From: Candidatus Omnitrophota bacterium
Lineage (GTDB): Bacteria > Omnitrophota > Omnitrophia > Omnitrophales > Aquincolibacteriaceae
DNA length: 64,000 nt
Reading direction: 5' to 3'
Assembly: GCA_030698625.1 (NCBI GenBank)
Contig: JAUYMS010000048.1
Location: 218,404 to 282,403 of the forward strand
In this document: piece after piece, positions 52,234 through 61,138 of the stretch
Position numbering within the stretch: the first letter of the stretch is position 1
How the letters are laid out: each line of letters starts with the position of its first letter
Notes under the pieces: generated by a model
What the model was told of the DNA's origin: nothing
The model's database searches: none
What the model saw: only the letters and a program-made list of their open reading frames with translations
Made by a program: the position numbers and the translations under genes

Positions 52234-52476
52234 ATGAAACGTTTAATGCGCCGCACGGAATTAGCGAGGGCACTCGGCACAACCCCGCCCACGGTGAAGT
52301 ATTACACCTCTCTCGGGCTTTTCCCAGTTGAGAAGAAGACCGACCACGGCCAATACTTATACAACTACGAAGCGGTCAAAGGGCGATATGTGCGAATTCT
52401 TGAGTTGAAAGAAAAGCGTTTGAGGATTGATGAAATCAAAGACCGCTTAAGAATAGAAGTCTTAATCCAGAACTGA
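52234..52476 (+). CDS. Small MerR-like HTH protein without effector domain
   Basis: ELARALGTTPPTVKYYTSLGLF...GQYLY...LRIDEIK; AAGGAG SD. Confidence 0.8.
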   Translation: MKRLMRRTELARALGTTPPTVKYYTSLGLFPVEKKTDHGQYLYNYEAVKGRYVRILELKEKRLRIDEIKDRLRIEVLIQN

Positions 52477-52507
52477 TTCAGCAAAAAACTCCGCGAAGGA
52501 GGCCAAA

Positions 52508-53338
52508 ATGAAGACCATTGCCATTGCAAACCAGAAGGGTGGATGCGGTAAGACCACAACTGCCGTCAATCTCAGCGCTTGTCTCGCACAGCGAGGGTGC
52601 CGCGTCCTGCTCGTCGACCTCGATCCCCAGGCACACGCGACTCTGGGTGTCGGGATTGATCCGTACAAATTGGAGGAATCCGTCTACGACGTCCTCCTTA
52701 AACCGGACCGTTCGGTGCAGGATATCGTCCGGCGTACCGAGGTCAAAAACCTGTGGGTTGCGCCGTCGAACATTCTGCTTTCGGGTGCCGATATCGAGTT
52801 GGTCAATCGCATGGGACGCGAGAGGGTTCTGGAGGAGGTCTTTTCGAATGTTACAACTCTGTATGACTACGTCATCATCGACTGTGCGCCTTCCCTGAGC
52901 CTGCTCACCGTGAATGCCATGAATTTTGTGCAGGAGATCCTTATCCCGATTCAGGCCCATTACTATGCCATGGAGGGCATGAAGCAGCTCTTCAGCACCA
53001 TCGATGAAGTCAAAAAGCGCCTAAACCCCGATCTGAAAATCCTAGGCATTCTGTTGACCATGGTGGACACGCGCACGAACATCTGCCGGGAAGTCGTCCG
53101 AGGGGTTCGTGATTATTTTCAGGATAAGGTTTTTAAGACTGAAATCCACATCAACGTAAAATTAACCGAAGCGCCGAGTGCCGGTAAACCCATTACGGTC
53201 TATGACCCCTGTTCGGTAGGGGCAAAGGAATACGAAGATTTGGCCAGCGAGGTTCTCGGCGTCGAGAAGGAAGTTCCTCGGGAAACGACAACCGCACCCC
53301 AAGGAGAAACGGTCTTCCATGGCGAAGAAGCGGTCTAG
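52508..53338 (+). CDS. parA: Orphan ParA/Soj-family ATPase
   Basis: NQKGGCGKTTT, DLDPQ, IDCAPSL, MVDTRTN, LTEAPSAG; AAGGAGG SD; no parB adjacent. Confidence 0.92.
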   Translation: MKTIAIANQKGGCGKTTTAVNLSACLAQRGCRVLLVDLDPQAHATLGVGIDPYKLEESVYDVLLKPDRSVQDIVRRTEVKNLWVAPSNILLSGADIELVNRMGRERVLEEVFSNVTTLYDYVIIDCAPSLSLLTVNAMNFVQEILIPIQAHYYAMEGMKQLFSTIDEVKKRLNPDLKILGILLTMVDTRTNICREVVRGVRDYFQDKVFKTEIHINVKLTEAPSAGKPITVYDPCSVGAKEYEDLASEVLGVEKEVPRETTTAPQGETVFHGEEAV

Positions 53339-55058
53339 CGGCCTTAGCAAGAAAATACCGGCGATATTTCAAGGTGTTCCCGACATCGAATCGACTTCGC
53401 GGCGGGCGTCCGCTCAGGAGCACCGTGCACAGAGCGGCACGAAAAAGGGCTTCGGAGCACGGCGCGCCCCCGGAACCTTTCGTATCCTGTTTGAAGTAGG
53501 CGGTTCTACTGCCAAGGCAATGGGTGTTGCGAAGCGGGGCGGGCGATGGACAGTCGTCGAATGCCGGACGTTTCATGCGCTTACGGACAAGCAAGGAAAA
53601 GTTGACTTCAAATGGGATGAACTCGGCAAGTGGATCGCCGAGACAACGGCGGAAATTGCGGGCAACTCGTCCTATGAAGCACGTTTACTGCTTGTAGATT
53701 CAGGGATTTATTTAGGGGAGACAGAAAGGCCGGACGTTGCGGCGAAGGAGCTCAAGGAAGCCTTGATATGGCAGGTTGCCGAAAATCTTCCTTTTCCCGC
53801 CGAAGAGTCGACGCTCCGCTTTGAAGAGCATGAAGACAAGGTCCTTGTTGCGGCGGTAGAGAATGTCTATTTAGAGACCGTTTTAAAGTGTTTCCACAGT
53901 GCCGATGTCTATCCGGCTGTGGTGACTTTACTGCCGGTTGCTTATCAGGCCCTCAACGACCAATATGCACCCATTACATCGGGCAATGTTATGGTTATCC
54001 ACATCTCAAAGTTCCGCACTTTTATTTTGGCCTTTCGCGGCGGGGTCTTTCACTCAATACGCGAGCTATCGCTTGGCGGAGATCATATTACGCAGGCCAT
54101 GATGGGTACCCTTGTCGTGGATGCCAATCAAATCAACATTGGTTATGATGAGGCTCAGGCGCTCAAAGAGTCCCTCGGTCTTCCGACCCACAACCTCATG
54201 CCGGACCCCAGCGAACCGAAGCATTCCCAACTCTCAGCGAGAATTCGACCTATCTTCGAGAAAATGGCCAGCGAATTTCGCAGCTCGAGCACTCAATTTG
54301 AACAGGCGATCGGCGGCGAGAAGGTAGAATCGATTTTTCTGGCCGGCGGTGGCGCCGAAATGAATGGCATTCAGGAATATTTTTCCGGTCAATTGAATTT
54401 GCCGGTTAAAAATCTCGATCTCTCGAGCGTTGACCCTTCGTTAAGTACTGCATTGGCCGGTGTGGCAGGCATGGCCTTTGTTCCCGAAAATCGTCTGAAT
54501 TTTGCAAGCACGGAAGACCGCTTGAAGCCGCGCTTTGAAAAGTATCGCGACATTCTAAAGATTGTCATGCTGGGGATAGGGGGTCTCTTATGCCTGGTCT
54601 TGTTGGGTCTGGGGATGCAGATTGTGGGCAAGAAGCAGGAGCTCCGGGAACAGCATGCGGCTTTCCGTGAGATGGGCGGTAGTGATGAAAAGCTAATTCA
54701 GCTCGACTTTATGCTGGAAAAAATCACGGCGACGAAGGATTTGCGCAAAAGCGTAATCAAGCCCGATCCGCCTCATGGCACCGTACTGCGTGAATTAAGC
54801 CACCTGGTAATGCCGGCAATGGTATTTCGCGAGATGGACTTTCGGAGGGCTCCGAGCCCGACAGCGCAGTTTAAAGGGATTATTCAATTGGGGCCGCGTT
54901 CTCCGGACATCATCCTATCGGAATTTCTCGAGGGCTTGAACAAATCATCCGTGTTCCGCGATGCCCGCCTCACATCCCGCAGCGGGTCCGAAGAGGGGAC
55001 TGCAGGTGAATTGCAGTTCAACGTTCAAACGGAATTGGTGGTGGGCGATGAATCTTAA
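53319..55058 (+). CDS. PilM-PilN fusion (alignment subcomplex) with ~50-aa basic N-terminal extension
   Basis: Actin-like PilM motifs (ENLPFP, LSLGGDHITQAM, IFLAGGGA), RLNF, one TM, PilN-like LRELS...FLEGLNKSSVF. Confidence 0.78.
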   Translation: MAKKRSSGLSKKIPAIFQGVPDIESTSRRASAQEHRAQSGTKKGFGARRAPGTFRILFEVGGSTAKAMGVAKRGGRWTVVECRTFHALTDKQGKVDFKWDELGKWIAETTAEIAGNSSYEARLLLVDSGIYLGETERPDVAAKELKEALIWQVAENLPFPAEESTLRFEEHEDKVLVAAVENVYLETVLKCFHSADVYPAVVTLLPVAYQALNDQYAPITSGNVMVIHISKFRTFILAFRGGVFHSIRELSLGGDHITQAMMGTLVVDANQINIGYDEAQALKESLGLPTHNLMPDPSEPKHSQLSARIRPIFEKMASEFRSSSTQFEQAIGGEKVESIFLAGGGAEMNGIQEYFSGQLNLPVKNLDLSSVDPSLSTALAGVAGMAFVPENRLNFASTEDRLKPRFEKYRDILKIVMLGIGGLLCLVLLGLGMQIVGKKQELREQHAAFREMGGSDEKLIQLDFMLEKITATKDLRKSVIKPDPPHGTVLRELSHLVMPAMVFREMDFRRAPSPTAQFKGIIQLGPRSPDIILSEFLEGLNKSSVFRDARLTSRSGSEEGTAGELQFNVQTELVVGDES

Positions 55059-55650
55059 CGCATCGATCAAGCTGCCCCCTGGCTCCGCTGCCCTGCTTCG
55101 CATGGCAGTGAGGACGCAATTCGCGCATTGGGCAGCGGCCGTAATTGTCTCATTGGCTGTTGCCGTAACGGTTGTTGTTTTGCCGCTGACAAGGCATCTG
55201 AGGGTGCTCCATGAGCGTGTCGAGAAAGTTCAGGTGAAGATGGAAAAGGTAGAGGGGATCTCGCGCGGAGCTCGGGATTTCAACAGAATATTGGATGAAC
55301 TTTCCGACGAATTCCGCGAGCTCAAAACGCAAGTGCTTCAGCCCGGGGAGCAGGCCAAGGTCATTTCATTACTGACACAGACCGCCGAAGATCTGAATAT
55401 CACAATCTTGAGCATGAACCCCATTTTGAAGAAAGAGACCGCGGAAGCAGGGGAAGAGAAAAAGATCCGTCCGGCCCTCTTCGAGGTAGAAATGTCCTGT
55501 CATTATAAAACCCTGGGTGTCTTTTTTGAGCGATTAACGGCAGCTCCGTTGATTCTTACGGTCGAAGGTTTCGACGCGCGGCCTGAGGTGCCGAATGCAC
55601 CCGTGCTTAATGTCCGCCTCTTGGTGGCGGCGTATGTCGAGTGGCTATGA
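55048..55650 (+). CDS. PilO/MshJ-like protein
   Basis: One TM, coiled coil, YKTLGVFFERL; position after PilMN. Confidence 0.75.
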   Translation: MNLNASIKLPPGSAALLRMAVRTQFAHWAAAVIVSLAVAVTVVVLPLTRHLRVLHERVEKVQVKMEKVEGISRGARDFNRILDELSDEFRELKTQVLQPGEQAKVISLLTQTAEDLNITILSMNPILKKETAEAGEEKKIRPALFEVEMSCHYKTLGVFFERLTAAPLILTVEGFDARPEVPNAPVLNVRLLVAAYVEWL

Positions 55651-56039
55651 TGAAGGCGAGCCGAGCAGCGAAATTTTTGGGGTTAATCGCGGTGATTGCG
55701 TGGGCGGTATTTGAGGGCCCCGCGGTGTCCGTTAACGCAGCTGTTGAAGGAGGAATGATTCAGCGCGGCTGGGGAAGGGATCCGTTTGTTCCCCTCGATT
55801 ACGAGCGGGCAGCGGTAGCGGCCAAAGAGAAGCTCATGCCGGAGGCGGAGACTAAAGATGAAAGTTATTGGCTTTCGGGTGTGCTCTATCGCAAAGGGCG
55901 CAGCGTTGCGATCATTAACCGGGTTTTGGTGCGAGAGGGTGATGAAATCTTCGGTGCGAAAGTCGTTAAGATATTGCCGGACCGTGTTCTGATGAGTAAA
56001 GCAGGCAAAGAAATCATAATTCGATTGGGCGTGGGATGA
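55641..56039 (+). CDS. PilP/MshK-like periplasmic protein
   Basis: Signal-like N-terminus, RDPF, LSGVL..AIIN..EGDEIFGAKVVKI. Confidence 0.65.
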   Translation: MAMMKASRAAKFLGLIAVIAWAVFEGPAVSVNAAVEGGMIQRGWGRDPFVPLDYERAAVAAKEKLMPEAETKDESYWLSGVLYRKGRSVAIINRVLVREGDEIFGAKVVKILPDRVLMSKAGKEIIIRLGVG

Positions 56040-57787
56040 GACATTCATTCGTGAAGAAAATCTTTGGAATCAGCCTCAGCTTCATGATGGCTCTGACCGG
56101 TCCAGGGTTAGTCCGGGCGGAAGTTACGGGGCCGCAATTCGGCCAAAACGGGGCCGGCGAGGAGGATACTTACCTGCAACTCCACAACGCGGATATTCAG
56201 GACGTGCTTCGTCTTATCGCGGAGGAATATGATCTTAACATTGTCATCGCTGACGATGTTGTCGGCACGATTTCAATGCGTCTTAAACGTGCGACTCTTG
56301 TCAACACGCTTGATGCGATTCTTCTTGCACGCGGTTATGATTATGACATCCACGACAACATCATTCGCGTGGCACCCGTCGCCATTGTTGATGCCGAGCG
56401 GGCCAAGCGCGTGGATAAGCAAGAGTTGGAGGCCTTGGTTCCGGAAGTCATTGCTCTGAGTTATCTTGATGCCAACGACATCCTTGGGGTGGTTCAGTCG
56501 CTACTCACATCGCGCGGGTCCGTTCGGGCTCTGGAACGGCGCGCTCATAAGGGATTCCGTTTCGGGTCGGGATCCTCCGGTGACACCGGGGGTTCTTCCT
56601 CGTCGGGAGGGAACTCTGCGTCTTCCGGAGGTGATTTCGGCGGGCTCATCAGGTCGCGCGTCGAGGGCGATAACGACAAGCCGCGCTCAAATACCTTGCT
56701 TGTGGTTGATATCCGATCTCAGATTGAGCGGATCAAAGAAGTGATTCGTGAAGTTGATGTGGCTCCGCAACAAGTTCTGATTGATGCCAGAATCCTTGAG
56801 GTCGATACCGACACGCTCGAAGACCTCGGTCTCGATTTTAACAGTGAGAATTCTTTGACTGCGAGCGGAGATAAGAGCAACGCCCTGAACTTTGACCTTA
56901 ACAGCGATACTTCCTCCACGGGTGTCAATTCAGGCATTTTCACGACCGCCTTTCCGGGGGCATCAGATGCCGGGCTACGCACGATCTTCCGCCGTTTAAA
57001 CGGAGAAGATTTCACGGCGATATTGCATCTCCTTTTACAGGATGAACGGACTAAGACGCTTTCGGCGCCCAAGATTTTAACCATAGAAAATCAGGAGGCA
57101 GCCATTCTGGTCGGTGAGCAATTTCCGATCTTTGAGTCGAATGTCTCCGATCAGGGTACGGTTACTGAAACCCTGTCGTTTTTTCAACCGATCGGCATCA
57201 GCTTGCAGGTTCTTGTCCAGGTCACTCCGAATAAAGATATCAACATGATCATCCATCCGACAGTAAGCTCTATCGGAGCCTTTGTGACGGGAACGAGCGG
57301 GCTGACTCAGCCGCGAATCAATATCCGCGAAGCCGATACGCGCGTACTTATCAAGAACGGAGAAACGCTGGTAATCGGAGGCCTGCTTGAGGATATTGTC
57401 GATGAGAAAAAATATGGTATCCCTTTCCTGAAGGATATGCCCCTCGTGGGGAATCTGTTCACACGCAGACAAGTTGACATCGATCAGCGCAACTTGCTTA
57501 TCTTTATTACACCGCGTGTTGTCGGTTTGGATGATGCAGCGCTTTCTGAGACCGAACAGCTGACTTATCAGGCGCTCGAAGACCCGGCCGCATACGGTTT
57601 TCTCCACGAGCGGCGCTCAACGATCGACAGCATTTTCGAGGGCGCAAAAACGAACTTTGAAACGGGTCATCCTACCGTTGCCCGCGCACAATTCCTGCGC
57701 GTGTTAAGTCTGGACCCGCATCACAAGGGGGCTATCAAGCATCTTAAGGAGTTGGAGGCCCTGCCGCGGGAGCGGCCCATTGGGTAA
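56036..57787 (+). CDS. Outer-membrane secretin (PilQ/MshL/GspD family) with C-terminal TPR-like helix
   Basis: Signal peptide, QVLIDARILEV, LSAPKILT, GETLVIGGL, GIPFLKDMPLVGNLF, LIFITPRV; Gly/Ser-rich insert. Confidence 0.92.
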   Translation: MRHSFVKKIFGISLSFMMALTGPGLVRAEVTGPQFGQNGAGEEDTYLQLHNADIQDVLRLIAEEYDLNIVIADDVVGTISMRLKRATLVNTLDAILLARGYDYDIHDNIIRVAPVAIVDAERAKRVDKQELEALVPEVIALSYLDANDILGVVQSLLTSRGSVRALERRAHKGFRFGSGSSGDTGGSSSSGGNSASSGGDFGGLIRSRVEGDNDKPRSNTLLVVDIRSQIERIKEVIREVDVAPQQVLIDARILEVDTDTLEDLGLDFNSENSLTASGDKSNALNFDLNSDTSSTGVNSGIFTTAFPGASDAGLRTIFRRLNGEDFTAILHLLLQDERTKTLSAPKILTIENQEAAILVGEQFPIFESNVSDQGTVTETLSFFQPIGISLQVLVQVTPNKDINMIIHPTVSSIGAFVTGTSGLTQPRINIREADTRVLIKNGETLVIGGLLEDIVDEKKYGIPFLKDMPLVGNLFTRRQVDIDQRNLLIFITPRVVGLDDAALSETEQLTYQALEDPAAYGFLHERRSTIDSIFEGAKTNFETGHPTVARAQFLRVLSLDPHHKGAIKHLKELEALPRERPIG

Positions 57788-57791
57788 GGCT

Positions 57792-58172
57792 TTAGGCGGG
57801 GGAAGTCTCTCCTAGTAATTCTTTGACCTTGTTGAGCAATACTTCGGACTGGAAGGGTTTGGTGAGATAGGCATTGGCACCGACCTGCATTCCCGCTTTC
57901 CTCTCATCGTCCTGAACTTTTGCGCTGCACATCATAATCGGAATCTGTTTGAACTGGTCGTCGAGTTTCAGGATCTGAGCGACACGATACCCGTCCATCT
58001 TAGGAAGCATGACATCCAAGATGATAAGATCAGGTTTTTCGCTGCGCGCTTTATGAAGACCTTCTTGGCCGTCCATGGCCGTAATGACTTCATAGCCGTT
58101 CGCCTTAAGACGAGCCTGCATGATCGTCAAAATCGGAGCCTCATCGTCAACAACTAATATCTTTTTTCCCAC
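57792..58172 (-). CDS. Single-domain response regulator (REC)
   Basis: ILVVDDE, LDVMLPKMDG, SAK, KP. Confidence 0.9.
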   Translation of the reverse strand: MGKKILVVDDEAPILTIMQARLKANGYEVITAMDGQEGLHKARSEKPDLIILDVMLPKMDGYRVAQILKLDDQFKQIPIMMCSAKVQDDERKAGMQVGANAYLTKPFQSEVLLNKVKELLGETSPA

Positions 58173-58189
58173 CCGAAATTTTAAAACCC

Positions 58190-58555
58190 TTATCCTATTA
58201 ATTCAGTAACCTTCGAGATTAATAATTCGGGATCACATGGCTTTGTCAAATAGGCTTCGGCTCCCGTCAGTCGCCCGGTCTCCCTGTCTTGTTCCTGAAC
58301 CTTTGCCGTCAGAAAGATGATCGGGATGCCCTTATACAGATCGTCGAGCTTTAGCATTTTGGCGACACGGTATCCGTCCATCTTCGGCATCATGACATCC
58401 AGGATAATCAGATCCGGTTTGTCAGCTCTCGCCCGACTCAGACCCTCCTGCCCGTCTGAGGCCGTGATGGTTTCGTAGCCGTGCGCTTGAAGCCTGGAGG
58501 CGATTAACTTCAAAATTGTTGGTTCGTCGTCGACGATCAGAATTTTCTTAGGCAT
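58190..58555 (-). CDS. Single-domain response regulator (REC)
   Basis: ILIVDDE, LDVMMPKMDG, LTAK, KP. Confidence 0.9.
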   Translation of the reverse strand: MPKKILIVDDEPTILKLIASRLQAHGYETITASDGQEGLSRARADKPDLIILDVMMPKMDGYRVAKMLKLDDLYKGIPIIFLTAKVQEQDRETGRLTGAEAYLTKPCDPELLISKVTELIG

Positions 58556-58684
58556 TTTGACTCGGGATTATCGTACCACTTTGACGGTGCATGGACATCG
58601 GAATACAAGGAATGCGATTATAAAGAGGCCCCCAGGGGAATGCAATCGCTAATGGCGGGCCAAGTGGGCGCTCCTAGGGCCCTC

Positions 58685-58713
58685 TAGACAAATAATAGCC
58701 GCTGGGGTATATT
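58685..58713 (+). promoter_or_regulatory. Putative sigma70 promoter of the trxA operon
   Basis: TAGACA-N17-TATATT. Confidence 0.55.
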
Positions 58714-58776
58714 ATCCCTTCAATGAGATTCGAGTTGGTTCTGGATTATTCATAACCCTAATTAATGGAGTGACTT

Positions 58777-59106
58777 ATGGCAAATGAAAAGATATTTACC
58801 GACGCGAACTTTCAAGCGGAAGTGCTTAAATCAGAGACGCCCGTATTAGTCGATTTCTGGGCCGAGTGGTGTGGTCCTTGCCGCATGCTGGCGCCTGTCA
58901 TCGAGCGTATCGCTACTGCTAACGGTGAGAAACTCGTTGTAGGGAAGCTTAATGTAGATGAGAATCAACAAACCCCGCAGCAATTTGGCATCCAGGGTAT
59001 TCCGACTGTCATCATTTTTAAGGGCGGCAATGTGGCCCGTCAGATCGTGGGATTTCAGTCCCAAGAGAATATTCAAAAAGCCGTAGACGAAACGCTCGAG
59101 GCTTAA
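58777..59106 (+). CDS. trxA: Thioredoxin
   Basis: VDFWAEWCGPC, IQGIPT. Confidence 0.96.
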   Translation: MANEKIFTDANFQAEVLKSETPVLVDFWAEWCGPCRMLAPVIERIATANGEKLVVGKLNVDENQQTPQQFGIQGIPTVIIFKGGNVARQIVGFQSQENIQKAVDETLEA

Positions 59107-59122
59107 TTTAAGGAGATTTGCA

Positions 59123-60133
59123 ATGAAGATATCAGCAGGAAAACTTAGAGGAATGGAAGCCTTGAGCGATGCCTCAGGTATTATTAGTGCCGCGGCCATG
59201 GACCAGCGCGGTTCTTTAAAAAAAGCGATTGCCAAGGAAAAGGGCGTGGACCCGAAAGAGATTACGTCAGAAATGATGGCGGAATTCAAAGTGGCTGTTT
59301 GTAAGGTTCTCACGCCGCATGCCAGCGCCATTCTGTTGGATCCCGAGTACGGTCTTCCGGCCGTCCGAGCCAAAGCGCCGAATGCAGGCGTTCTGCTGGC
59401 CTACGAAAACAGCGGTTATGATAATACGCGCCCCGGTAGAATTCCCGAGCTGCTTGACGATGTAACCGTTCGGCAGTTGGCGCAAGCCGGCGCCGATGCC
59501 ATTAAGATTCTGCTTTATTACACGCCCTTTGAATCGAAAGAAGTTAACGCTTTTAAACACGCCTGGACGGAGCGTATTGGCGCCGAGTGCGCAGATCGTG
59601 ATATCCCGTATTTCCTGGAATTTGTCGGCTATGATCCTGCAGGCGGGGATGTGAATACGTTGGAATATGCCAAGAAGAAGCCCGAGATCGTGGCCGCAAG
59701 CATGCAGGAGTTTTCAAAGCCGCAGTATCAAGTAGATGTGCTCAAGGCCGAGATCCCGGTGAACATGAAGTTCACGGAGGGCACCAAATCTTACAAGGGC
59801 GAGAAGGCTTACAGCAAAAGCCAGGCTCTCGATTATTACCGCAATACGGCAAAGGTAACGCGGAAGCCGTTTATCTACTTGAGTGCCGGTGTGGACGACG
59901 ATGAGTTCCGCGAGAGCCTCGAATTGGCAGCAGAGGCCGGTGTTGCGTACAATGGTGTCCTTTGCGGTCGCGCTACTTGGAAAGAAGGTATTCCTGTTTA
60001 CGCAAAGCAGGGAGTCAAGGCGTTGGAGGCTTGGCTCAGCGACCGTGGCGTCAAGAATATCAAGGCGCTCAATGACGTATTGGCCAAGGGAGCAAAGCCT
60101 TGGGCCGCGGCATACGAATCGGCATCGGCCTAA
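59123..60133 (+). CDS. lacD: Class I aldolase of the tagatose-1,6-bisphosphate aldolase (LacD) family
   Basis: AMDQRGSL, SAILLDPEYG, KILLYY, DVLKAEIP, LSAGV, GVLCGRATW. Confidence 0.85.
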   Translation: MKISAGKLRGMEALSDASGIISAAAMDQRGSLKKAIAKEKGVDPKEITSEMMAEFKVAVCKVLTPHASAILLDPEYGLPAVRAKAPNAGVLLAYENSGYDNTRPGRIPELLDDVTVRQLAQAGADAIKILLYYTPFESKEVNAFKHAWTERIGAECADRDIPYFLEFVGYDPAGGDVNTLEYAKKKPEIVAASMQEFSKPQYQVDVLKAEIPVNMKFTEGTKSYKGEKAYSKSQALDYYRNTAKVTRKPFIYLSAGVDDDEFRESLELAAEAGVAYNGVLCGRATWKEGIPVYAKQGVKALEAWLSDRGVKNIKALNDVLAKGAKPWAAAYESASA

Positions 60134-60166
60134 TCGTACTCGCCTGCGTGACCCCTAGCCCGTCTT

Positions 60167-61138
60167 ATGGGACTAATGAAATATCGGCAGTTGGGCCGCA
60201 CCCAACTCAAAATTTCTGAAGTCGGTTTCGGTTGTTGGGCAATCGGCGGTTCTAGTTATGGGCCAACGAAAGACGAAGAATCCCTCGAAGCCTTAGAGGT
60301 CGCGCGTGATCATGGCATCAACTTCTTAGACACGGCGGATACCTACGGGCACGGTCATAGCGAAGAACTGATTGCGCGCTTTTTGAAGGGAAAACCCCGA
60401 GAATCAATCATCATAGCTTCCAAGGTAGGGTGGGATTTCTACCACGGAGGTGCCCGCAAGAATTTCGATCCCGGATATATTCGGTTTGCCTGTGAGGAGA
60501 GCCTCAAGCGTTTAGGCATTGAAACGCTGGATCTTTATCAACTGCACAACCCGAAGGTTGAAGAGATTGAGCGCGAAGAAGCTGTGGGGGTGTTGGAACA
60601 GCTGAAGCGGGAAGGGAAAATCCGTTTTATCGGCATATCCATCGGCCGGCAGGATGAGGCCTATGCCGCACTTGAAGACCCGCGGGTGGATGCCATTCAG
60701 TTGATCTTCAACATGATTGACCAGCGCATGGCTGACGGTGTTTTTGAGCTGGCCGCCGGCAGGAAGGTCGGCATTATTGCACGGGAGCCCTTGGCCTGCG
60801 GCATTTTAACGGGAAAGTACGGGGCGGAGCATGAATTCGCCAAGGACGACCATCGCCGTCGTTGGAACAAAGAGAAGATGGCGCTTGATATTGAGAAATT
60901 GAAGAAGATTCAGCAAATCGTGTCGTCGGACCGCATGTCTATTGTGCGTGCGGCGTTGGAATACGTGTTACACTTTCCGGAAGTGAGCACGGTGATTCCG
61001 GGGGCAAAGACTAAGGAACAGGTCCTGGAGAATTTAAAGGCAACGCTCGATCCAAAGCTGCGCATTCAAGAGGCCTCGCACCTGCGCGATTTGTATGACC
61101 GAGACGAAATTTTCTCAAAAGGACTTATACCAAGCTAA
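60167..61138 (+). CDS. Aldo/keto reductase
   Basis: GFGCWAIGG, DTADTYG, SK, DLYQLH, IPGAK. Confidence 0.92.
   Translation: MGLMKYRQLGRTQLKISEVGFGCWAIGGSSYGPTKDEESLEALEVARDHGINFLDTADTYGHGHSEELIARFLKGKPRESIIIASKVGWDFYHGGARKNFDPGYIRFACEESLKRLGIETLDLYQLHNPKVEEIEREEAVGVLEQLKREGKIRFIGISIGRQDEAYAALEDPRVDAIQLIFNMIDQRMADGVFELAAGRKVGIIAREPLACGILTGKYGAEHEFAKDDHRRRWNKEKMALDIEKLKKIQQIVSSDRMSIVRAALEYVLHFPEVSTVIPGAKTKEQVLENLKATLDPKLRIQEASHLRDLYDRDEIFSKGLIPS

Noticed and set aside
52508-53338. parA as the chromosomal parAB locus or a plasmid partition cassette
   Set aside because: No parB, parS array, replication or origin-region genes; it is embedded in the pilus operon
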